From the NCBI GenBank assembly GCA_964057225.1, contig OZ059899.1, positions 5,270,001 through 5,334,000 of the forward strand: a DNA stretch of 64,000 bases, read 5' to 3'. The stretch comes from Auanema rhodensis (taxonomy: Eukaryota; Animalia; Nematoda). The translations under genes and the position numbers were made by a program. This document shows positions 32,085 through 44,308 of the stretch, piece after piece. The notes under the pieces were generated by a model. It was not told where the DNA came from, ran no database searches, and saw only the letters and a list, made by a program, of their open reading frames with translations. Numbering within the stretch: position 1 is the first letter of the stretch; the number at the start of each line of letters is the position of its first letter.

Positions 32085-32646
32085 TGGCTACAATTCAACT
32101 TCATATGATATGAGCTTTCTTCCCTTCTTCGTATTTCTTCATTCTCTCCCTCTAACGCTCTCCCAAACTCTCTTTCGTTCTCTCTCTCTGTCTATCTCTA
32201 TATTTCCCTACCTATTCTCTTACAGTAAACTCTTTTCTTTCAATATTACTCCTTTGCCAGTGCTTGCAAAATCATATCTGGGCCCAAAGCTGTAATTCTC
32301 CTTCTCTTTCACTTCAATTAATGTTTTTTTTTTGGAAGAAACAAAAAGAAGCTTATATGGATTACCATTATAGCTCATGTTGATGATTATATGTTTGTTT
32401 ATCAACAAATATATAAACATTCACAAATAATATGGCCTTTTCTTTGTGTCAATCTCCGGTTAAAATCTGTTATTCTTTTTATATTAATTAAGATTTCTAT
32501 TAAGTAATAACAGTAATATAACATATATCTTTATATCATCTTTACTATAAGATGAAGAAAAAAGAAATTCAAAACAAGCAAAATAATTTGTTGTTGTTTA
32601 TTTAAAATGTGTATGTACTATATGAATTGAATAATCATGTACATAC

Positions 32647-32660
32647 CCTGGTGCAACTCT
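32647..32660 (+). promoter_or_regulatory. Putative selector sequence for module C
   Basis: CCTGGTGCAACTCT is the exact 14-nt reverse complement of 26472-26485 and lies between the module B stop and the module C acceptor. Confidence 0.7.
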
Positions 32661-33231
32661 ATCATTTCCGGTGTTTTTCATTTAAAAAGGAAATTTATAA
32701 AAATAAAAATCAAATGTTGAAAATAATGATAATGATAATATTAATAAATATTAATTATTATAATATATAATAATATATATATTATATATTATTATATTGA
32801 TGAAAAATTTCTGAGAACAAAATAAAAAATATCATTAAATATTTAAAAATATATAAATATTTTATATTTATATATTTTAAAATTTTATAGTTATTATTAT
32901 AAAGATTAGAAATATTAGTTTTTAGATTCATATCATTTTAAAGAATTAAAATTCTTTTTGATATCATTGACGCTTCTTATTATCATTATCATTATGTTCA
33001 ACTTGATTAAAAACTTTTTTTTATCCAGCTTAAGTTGTTTCAATACACCTTTATGCTTGTATTCAAATACAATATGTTTTTGAATAATTCATATTCGTAT
33101 CTTGATGATTATACTATTTCCAAATTGATGACTCTCAATCATGTCTTTACATTTATATTTTTGTGTTTTTTCTATCCTCAAATCTCATCATCTGTTTCCT
33201 TTTTAACTTCACAATGTTTTTTTAAATTATA

Positions 33232-33279
<48 letters not shown>

Positions 33280-33590
33280 TTTCATTATATATGAAAACTT
33301 TCAAAATACCATTCTCATTTTTGAGAATATACATATGTATACTGAAAAAAACATTAATTATATTCTATGTGTATATATTGCTTTCAACATTTCTTTTTCC
33401 GACTTTTTTTTTTGTTTTATTTCATTGCACTTAGGTGTCTGATTTTTATTATTGTGGGTACACAAAGATTTAAATGAATTTCTTTACTAATTCTCATTTA
33501 ATATTATTTTTAAATATATTATATACTATATACATATAATCAAATATAATTTGTTTTTTTAAAGAATTTGATAATAAAAAAAAAATTTAG

Positions 33591-35104
33591 ATGCATACAC
33601 AACGGATACAATCTCTTATCAATGGTGCTCTGCTGAGGATCCTAATTGCGCTAATGCTGTTCAGACAAATCAAATTGAGCTACCATCTTACAGATTCTCA
33701 GATGTTTGTGTCAATCGTACAATGGCTACTACATCTTCAGGTATATTCTAAATTATTATATATTTATCTCAGAATACTAACTAAATCTTTATGTTTAACA
33801 ATCATTTACAATGATATTCTTAAGTTGTTTTACCGGAAAAAGCCATATATTGTAGATCATAAGGTCTGAATTCAATATCTTAGCTTCAATACTTCAAATT
33901 TTTTTCCATTTCATGTTATAATAATTTTATAATTAAAGCTTATAACATAAGAATAAGCTTAAATTTCAATATTTTATTAACATTTTCAGGACATACTCAT
34001 CAAATTAATATTTTAAAAGGTTTTTAAAACAATCAATTAAAAGTTCTTGTAAAGTGTTTTGTAATATAACATCATCATTACTAAAGCTTTAGCTTCTTAT
34101 TGCTTCATTCTTTCTTGTTTTTGTCCTGTTGTCCAAGCAAAAGCTTCTATATTATATATTTAATAATATTATATATAATATATAATACTATACATATATT
34201 ATTTTAATATTTTAGGATCATATTCAAGATTATGGGTTATGTTCATATTTGATCGTGAAAGTGGGTTTTATATGTTACAAATATTTGTTCCTGCTGCTCT
34301 TGTTGTTGTTATTTCATGGGTTTGTTTTACAGTATTCTAGAATATTTATCAAATCCTAATACTTGAAGGTTTCATTTTGGATCTCACGTGATTCAGCCCC
34401 ATCGCGTACTGTTATTGGTGTTATGACTGTACTTACTGAAACTCATCTGATGACAGGAACTAATAGGTAGCTTATCTGAGTATTCTGAAAGTTTTGATTA
34501 ATTTTAGACGACTTCCCCCGGTTGCATATGTTAAAGCTGTGGATGTCTATTTAGGTTTCTGTTATTTATTGGTTGTATTAGCTTTAATTGAATATGCTGG
34601 GGTTGCATATTCTAAGGTAATAACAACATTTATAATATTATTATTATATAGCTATATTATATTTTCAGAAAAAGAATGAAGATAGACGACGTCGAGAAAA
34701 GAAAACGGAAGTTAAGCCAGCAGCTCCTACACCTGATCTCCTACATGGTTCGTTTAAGATTGGTTTTCTATTGTTATAACCTAAATATGTAATTCAGATG
34801 TTCGATTAGCTCAATGTACATGTAATACAGCTGGAACTTCAATTATAGCCGTTATCAAACAGCCGAATCAACAGTTCTGTGTTAAGCATAGTCACATCGA
34901 TATTGCTAGCCGAATAATCTTCCCTAGTAGTGTAAGTTGGATTGAAAGTTATTCTTATCAAAATATAATTCATACTTATAGTTTCTTGTTTTTAACATCG
35001 TTTTCTGGGTCGTCTTGCTTGCTAAAGCTGATCGCTTGCCATACTTTTCAGAGATGGAAGCAGCACATCGTTGCCCTACTGACTTACAACTGAAAAATCC
35101 ATAA
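33591..35104 (+). CDS. unc-49: unc-49 C-terminal module C (UNC-49C)
   Basis: YAYTTDTISYQWCSAEDPNC, GSYSRL, RDSAPSRTVIGVMTVLTETHLMTGTNRRLPPVAYVKAVDVYLGFCY, KKNEDRRRREKK, HSHIDIASRIIFP. Stop 35102-35104. Confidence 0.95.
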
Positions 35105-35781
35105 AACAATTCGAACTTTCTATATCAAAAATAAAAACTATTTTAATCAGAATAAATTATTTATTTTATCTTTTAATTGAATGATTTCATTAATAAAACA
35201 TATGATTATCTTGAATTCCGTAAGCTTTCTTGTACCACTATGCTCAATTTTATTTTAAATTTATTGTTTCCTCATGTTTGTATATCTTGAAAATTTAAAG
35301 TAAAACTTTTTATTATATTCTCGTACTAACAAGAGTAATTATCTTAAATTAATTGGAAAATTGTTAAAATTAAGTCAGATTTTATTAACTATGTATTTGT
35401 TTGTTCGAATCGAGTTTATCATTTACCCGAACATGCATTTCTAAAATCAAATTGGGTGTTAAGCTCTTCAACACAACCCCAAAATTCGAAAAGAAAAGAA
35501 GAAAAAAAATATTCCACAGAAAAATACTTCAAGACAAAAAAGTAGAAATGCCATTGAGATAAGAGATAGAAAGAATTATCTACCGAGTATTATTGAAGAG
35601 GCCGAAATGAGATAGTAAGATAGTTATTAGAAATGGGGATGGGTGAAGAGCAATCATGAAAAGGGTTACCGGGATTGCAAAATATTTGGATGAGAATTAG
35701 ATAACATGAAACGTAAAGCACATCAAATTATAGATCTATTTTCGAACACTAATTGAATACAAGAAAACGAAACAAGAAGGC

Positions 35782-38190
35782 TTATACAACCTTGTGTTCA
35801 TCTCTCGGTTGATGCTCATATTCATAATCTGTATGTACAAATGCCCTCTCAACCTAAAAATAAAGCTATTTTGATAAGAAAAACCGATAACTTACATCTG
35901 GTAAGCTTTCGATATTAATCTGTAATGATTCACTTATATCGTGAGCAACTTTCAAAGTCATATTCTCGTCCAGAACAATATGAACTTCTACCAAAAACTT
36001 TGTTCCATAATGGTAAACGTATACAGTATCAAGATGAGATATACGAGGATCGTGATCAATACAAACCTAATGAAATAAAAAAAAATAATTTTTATTTTAT
36101 ATTTCAAATTACCTTTATGATTCTATTGATAAACTCTGGCTCAGCAGTTTTACCACTAAGTTTAGATAAATGTTCTTTACCAGTTTTCACCCAAGTTAAC
36201 AGAATATAACATGAAACTACGATAGCTCCAATGGGATCTAGATAATACCAATATCTGAAAATTCATGTTTAGTTCATTAAAAAGAGGAAAATATGTTTAT
36301 CAACCTCTTAGCAAGGAAAGCGCAGAGCAGAGCAACAGAATTAGAGAGGCAATCATTACGATGATCCATTGCCAAAACTTCTATGGAAGGATCGGATTTA
36401 TATCTGAAAAATATATGTTACGTTGAAATAAGTGAATTATGACGTCATACTTTTGACAAACTAAGAACAAGATACATTTGACGAATATTGTTGAAACCAT
36501 AATGCCACAAGTTTCAATGTTCATTTCCAATGTTGGGGTTTCTCCATGACCACTATTTTGGAAGTTGTAAGCTTTGAAAATTCTTTGAACGGCATCATAA
36601 ATGAGCTGACAACTGGCTACCCCCATGACTACACTGATAATCATCTAAATAAAATATGTTTTATGATATTATTTCTTTTGATGAATCTGCTCACCAAAGC
36701 CAAAGGCTCCAGGCGCGTACGACCCCGAGGATATAGATAAGGATCTCGCTTGCGGATCATACGTGATGACATAGAAATGACAAGCCCTTAAAATAAAAAT
36801 TGTAAAATGAAGAGTATCTTGTAGATACCTGAAGTGATGTCTACACAAGAATCAACTAATGAAGAGATGATAGATAAGGATCCTGATAAATAAGAAGCTA
36901 AAGCCTAAATAAGTGATAACAATGTACCATTAATTCTAAAAGAATCTAGAATACCTTAGCGAACATTAAAGAAATATTTACGAGCAAAGTAATCCTAGCT
37001 AAACGATCAGCTGCTTTGAAATGATCAGCAGCTCTTTCTTGTTGAGCCGAATGTTTAGCACTAAAATCAAAGTATTAAGTCAAAAAATATTATAAAAAAT
37101 ATTTTATACATTAAAGAATCATGAGATCTTGATATTACAGATGATTTCTGTGCGACCGATAAATTATTAGTGGAAACATGAGCTTCAATCACTTCTAAAT
37201 CTTGATCTCCTTCCTTAAAAGGCAAAAAAATTAGATTTCAAAAAGTCTGTCTTACTGTATTTTTTAAGAGAGGTGCTTTTGATAAAATTCCACTCCCACT
37301 GTTTTTGTCATCAAAATCTCCGGGCTCTTCACTTGTCGAGGATTGTAAACGCTGTCTGGTTCTAGTTTTCAAGAAAACCTTTAAACATATCTTTTAAACT
37401 TTGGGCATTCTGACATAAAAACCTGAATTTGTTCACTATCGTTCTTATAATTTTCCAATAGTTCGTTTTGCTTCTTGTAATAGTCAGAAACCACTTTTTT
37501 CGGTTTTTTAGCCTATAAAAGTGATAAGTAAGTGCTTAATTAACCTTTTTTTTATTGAAATTCACCTCATTCATCCCAGCTAAAATGGCACGTGACGAGG
37601 CTTCTACATCATTTAGGTTTCCATTAGTTGGTGGGCAATTCAATTGGCCAGAACTATTACCCCTGAAAACGGATAAAGCATATATTGGATAGAGAATATA
37701 CGATAACGATATAATAAGAAAACAAGATCATAATAGTTTATAGTTTTATCATTTCAAACGCAGAATGCACGCAAGAAAATTTAAGAATTTTTATTTCACC
37801 CGGTTGTACCAACTGTGCTATTATGATATTCAAATTAAGAATTTTCTATAAATTTTTTTTATTAGCAAAACTAATATTTTTTCGTAATTCAACTGCTTTT
37901 TCGGTATATAGATATAAACAGCATGTAAACTTAGTAACTTACTTCGAAGAACAAGCATATGTATCATCTTCATTTTCATTTTCATTTGGCAGCAAGTTAC
38001 CGTCTTCTTGCTCATATAATCCGAATTGCGGCTCAAAACCTACGAAAAGAGAAATAAGAAACACTGTGATTGAGCCGGAAAGCAAACTTGTTGACTCAGT
38101 TGCTATTATTGGGGCATTTTGGGCCGGTGCAACATCATCATTAGATTGGCCAGTTGTATCATCCAGCTCATTTAGCAGAACGGTTTTCAT
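35782..38190 (-). CDS. Cation diffusion facilitator (SLC30/MTP-like), probably the Mn-CDF subgroup
   Basis: SGSLSIISSLVDSCVDITSG (TM2 DxxxD), YPRGRTRLEPL, AMDHRNDCLSN (TM5 DxxxD) and C-terminal VERAFVHTDYEYEHQPRDEHKVV*. ATG at 38190 follows a TTTTAG acceptor and the N-terminal exon phases are consistent; the 5' exons are less certain. Confidence 0.88.
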
Positions 38191-40105
38191 ACCTAAAACC
38201 GGTAAGTAAGAGAAAGTTATGAAATATAAAATAAAAAACATAAGATAAGAACCGAATATGCAGAAAAATGTATATAATGGAATCAATGACGATGTTTTAA
38301 ATGGGCAGTAGAACAAACAAGACGGCTGAGTTTCTTAGTTAAGAATATAAACAGATTAAATTATGATTGATTGTATTAAAGAGTTCAAAGAAACAATAAA
38401 GAAACTCAACTATGGTAGTAGATGAAAGCAATATCACAATAATATAAATCTAAATATATTCTATTATACTTATAAGAATAATAGTTTTTTAAATACTATT
38501 TCAAATTTAATGATGAAAAAAATAAAGTCTTTGGGAACTGGAAACGAATAGCACTAGGGACAACGAGGTTCCTATATATTTTGACAATGAATAAAGTACA
38601 TTGGGTGACTGCGAAAGAGATTAAAAAGATTCAGTGAAGTAACTAGAAAAATTGTACCGGGGAATGTGAAGATACACAAGTTCAGATGCCAAAAATTTTG
38701 AATAGCTAACCATAATAGATTTTCCGACTGGCCTAGTTTACTGGAATATGGCACGGTCGAAGTAAATTTGGATTGCTAGATGTGAGAAAGAAACGAATAA
38801 ACAATTAAAAAGGTGATACAAAAATAATCATGAAATAGTCAACATGCGATGAAAGCTTGTGGTCAAGAAGAAGTGTTAAAAATATAATAAAGATAGTTTG
38901 GTAAACAGAAAATCTCATTAATCATGTAGACTACTCCAAAACCCGAATTGAAATAAATTGAATAAGAATAAATGGAGAAGACATGAAAAAAACTCTTTGC
39001 CAATAATGAGATACTCAAGTATAAAGTCGCAGTGGCAAAGAAAAGTAAACAGAGAAAATAAACCTATTAGTCAAACTATTCACTTAAAAAATGAGAAAAA
39101 TTGTTGCCTGAAATTGAATATCAATGATCACATTCAACGACATTTTGTATCAATCTTATGGCCGGGCCTGTACGCGTATGTCTATTTCATATTGCTACCA
39201 TATTAGATGATACGAATTGAACATCAAAAAAAGTTGAAAACCACCTTTATTTGAGGTGCAGCTTGATCGATAAGCTGTTTAAAAACTTCCAATCAACTGA
39301 ATTCGCAATATGTATGTCAATGCTATTTCTTTTACCTAGAATTTTTCAATCAGCGAGTTATTAGTGAATAAAGGCACACATTTATACTTTTCCGGAAAAA
39401 AAACTAAATGCCACAGAAAATATTACAGGATATGGGTGACATAAGAACTGTTTACATTGCTTATTGACAAAAAATGACTCATCTATCAAAGTATCAACAG
39501 TTCCCAAGTAGCTACTTATTAAGAGTATATAAAAAAGGAGAATTTGAGAAGAAAAGACACGATGAAAACTAGTTTGATTGCCTACAGCAGAGGTCATAAA
39601 GGGTCGACCAGACACAGTTGCAACAGAATTTTGATTTTGGTTAACGTCTCTATGTCGGCTTCTATATGCTTCCTGTATCGCTTCTTTATTTTTATTCAGT
39701 ATTCTTTCTCATTCATTGCTTATCAAAATAGTTGCTTTTTGAAGTTTCCTATCTTGCTAGTATACATGATTTATCAGTATTGTAAGTCAAACCATAACTG
39801 TATTCGTGACCGCTTATCAACTTTTTGAAGAGTCCTTTTTATAAAGCACGTAGATCACATAGTGGAAAATAAATTTTCCAATATTGGTATTAAAAATGGC
39901 GGAAAATGGTTTTTTTCCATTCGAATAAAAACCCGATTTGGATTACAATAACAATTGTTGATACGAAAAGAATAGTATTAAAGAAAAAAAGACATTAATT
40001 ACTTAAAAGTCATATGATTATGGATGTTGTTCTTATGTCTTCTACTTCGTATGAATTAATATTAGAATTATTTGAAATGGATACCAGTTCAATATACTTA
40101 CAGAC

Positions 40106-40688
40106 ATGTCAAACAAATTTTCACTCATTCTTATATGCTTTTTCGGCTCTGTTTCTCACGCTCTTTTTACTCAATCTGCTGGAGTAAAAGGAGTTCTCAT
40201 GTGCGGAGACAAACCATTAGCAGGAGCAAAAATTAAACTTTATGATGATGATACTGGTAAGTCAACATTATAATGCTTAAATAAAGTTTCAATCAATATA
40301 TCAGGACCAGATCTTGATGATCTTCTTGCCGAAGGAATGACTGATTCACTTGGACAATTTCTTCTTTACGGTTCAACCTCAGAAATCATGACGATAGACC
40401 CAAAACTTAATATCTATCACGATTGCGATGATGGAATTACGGTGAGAACAAATAATATGATAGAGAATACCAAGAAAGGGAAACTAAGAAGACAAAGAAA
40501 ACTAAGAGACATACAATCCTATTAAACTATGTCTCGTATTTCAGCCTTGCCAACGTAAGGTTTCATTCTTCATCCCCAAGGACTTTGTTTCATCTGGAGA
40601 ACATCCCAAAACATTTTTCAATATTGGAACTGTAAATATGCAAATTCAATTCGCCTCAGAAGAAAGAGATTGTATTCATCGGGCATGA
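40106..40688 (+). CDS. Nematode transthyretin-like (TTR-52 family) secreted protein, 3 exons
   Basis: Signal peptide, then QSAGVKGVLMCGDKPLAGAKIKLYDDDTGPDLDDLL...IDPKLNIYHDCDDGITPCQRK...FNIGTVNMQ...ERDC. Confidence 0.93.
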
Positions 40689-41512
40689 TTTGATAAAATT
40701 AAGCAAATTTCGAAACATCTGATTTAGAACACTTGCCATATTTTTTCTTGTGTTTGAACAAGAAATAATGAAATTGTATAATCCATTTCCTCATGTTCTA
40801 ACAGCTCATTTCAGATATACATATAGTATATTATATTGTCTGCTCATATGTTATATGATTTCTCAAGAAAACTATTTCAAAACTTTCATGTTATCACTTT
40901 TAACAAAGCTTAGAAATTAGCAGCAAGAGTTTCACGATGGAAGAAAACAAATGAAAACACCAAAGAGCAGCTAAGCTCGCAAGAACTTAGCGCATGTTAC
41001 TAGCTGATGATATAAAAGTTTTAACTTGCCAAACTTTAAATATTTTCCCCCCAAGATGGAAAAAGAGCACAAAAAGATGTACATAAAGCCTTTAAAAAAT
41101 AACTAAAGTTGAAAGGTTGAACAGGAACCAGGAAGCTAATCAAAATAGAAAAATAATTAATAATCTCGGGACTTTATACTGAAAGCCTACAAGCTTACAA
41201 ACAAATTCATCTAATTAATTAAGTACAATATAATAATTTTGCTATATACATTATCGTTAAAGGAAAAATAAGAGAAACGAACAGAAGACATACGGTCACA
41301 AAAGTCTTATCAGAAAGCAAATGATGAGCGAAGAAAACTATATTTCTTTCGTTCATGTTCGCTACGCAATTACGTATTTTTTTAATTTTCAAGCTGACGA
41401 GAATTAAGTTTAATAGAAATTTGTTAAAGCTTTTTTATTTGATAAAATTATAATATATTTAGTAACTTATTAACTTAAAAAAAAGTTATTTAAAGTTTAT
41501 GTATTGAAGGTG

Positions 41513-42664
<1,152 letters not shown>

Positions 42665-42850
42665 TATAATATGTTGAATAGCTGTTTTCAATTTTGTTAT
42701 TAGATTCTAATTTTTCAAAAAATAACACTAAATAGATTTTTAGATATTTTACAGTTTTTGGTCTCATGTTTTCAGTTATTACTGTTTTGATACTTCTATT
42801 TATTTGTTGTTTTTTGAAATTAATTTTATTTATTCTATTTAAATTTTAGG
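42665..42850 (+). promoter_or_regulatory. Operon-like intercistronic region with a trans-splice acceptor
   Basis: 186 bp from stop to start, U-rich, TTTTAG one base before the downstream ATG. Confidence 0.65.
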
Positions 42851-44308
42851 ATGGCTAGCCTTACTAACTCTCGTTTACCGCTTTCTCTTTTTAGAATGTT
42901 TTCAACTAGTTCGTCATGTAGAGTGCGGTATGCTTTAATATCTATTTCTATTAATCAAGCTTTTACGTTAGCTGATAGTTTTTAGTTCAAAATTTAGTTA
43001 GGTTACCCGTAGGAATGATTTACAGGTTTCCTTATAGTTCTAACTCGAATATCAAAGAGATTGGTTCATTTGTCACTCACCCAACAGAAAAATCTTTCGA
43101 ACCTGGTCAGGTATGTTAGCTTAACATATTTTCTATGTATGTTGTATGTTTAAATTTCAGTTATTCATTCATCGAACATTTGCTTATAAAGGTGTAGTTG
43201 TGTGCTCATTCAATTGCCGTTTTCATGAAAAGAAAGAAGGGGGGACGTACGTTTTCTGCTTTCTAAGGATTCTAATCAAAGGTTTTAGAGAAAAAACTAC
43301 AATAACTCGTGATTACTATCAAGTCCTCGTCCATAGACCTGATTGGGCTTACATGATGTTTCCAGTTGATTTAACATCATATCTTCAAGATGGAAGTAGT
43401 AAAGGAGAAAAACTGCTGGCTATGATTAAGTATTTTACTTGTACTCGCCATTTAAAATTCTTATATATTTTTTTTCAGTGGTATGGACTGTGTTTCACAT
43501 TCTGATATCATGCCGTTTACTACAATTGAGAAAAATCCTATTGATCATGATTTGTTTGACAGAATTTTCACAAAAGAAGATGGTTCAGATGGTAAGAGTT
43601 TATAAATGTAAAAAAACTTTATTCAATTGAAGGAGTCAAAGTTTCTATGCGCCCTGCTTTATTAGAGAATTACATGGCTTCCCAAAGAACTTGGCTTGCT
43701 CCTCGTGATGTTTATCGGTACATTTATAAATATTCTTCCTGTATTTAATTAATATTTTTTGAAGAGAAGTTACAGAGGGTGTTGAAGTCACCGTAATGAC
43801 GTTCTACTTAGGGTCTAACTTCGTTGCTGGACAACAAAGACACACATGGAGATATGTAATTAGGTATTACTTCATTCCTAATTTGAATCTTATTATGTAC
43901 GTATGCAGAATCGAAAACCATGCTCCTCAAAACCCTGTAATCTTACGAGAAAGATCTTTGAAAATATATTCCTTGAACAATATGAATCAAGTAAATGGCC
44001 ATGGAGTTATCGGAAAAGTATGCGGTTATATTAATTTTCCTTCATTTCATTTTATTTTCAGCAGCCTGAACTGAATATGCAATCTCCAGCTTTTCAATTC
44101 AGCAGCACAATTGAGCTTCCACATTCAAAGGGAGGTCATATGTGGTTTGTAAATTTGTTTGTTTTCATATATTTTTATATCAAAATATAGGGGCACATTT
44201 AAAATGGAACGGGATAATGGCTCAACGTTCAATGTAACTATTCCCACAGTTGTATTGGAATCATTAGAAGAGAAAGCTGTTGAGGTCGTAGATTCAATCA
44301 ATGAATAA
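42851..44308 (+). CDS. POLDIP2: POLDIP2/PDIP38 homolog (YccV-like plus ApaG/DUF525 domains)
   Basis: Presequence-like N-terminus, GQLFIHRTFAYKGVV, YYQVLVH, GMDCVSHSDIMPF, YREVTEGVEVTVMTFYLG, WRYVIRIEN, V.GHGVIGKQPEL, PAFQFSS, GGHMWGTFKMER. Stop 44306-44308. Confidence 0.9.

Noticed and set aside
27248-35104. Three independent or pseudogenised receptor genes
   Set aside because: The modules lack their own N-terminal exons, are all intact and are all in phase with the single donor at 26263.
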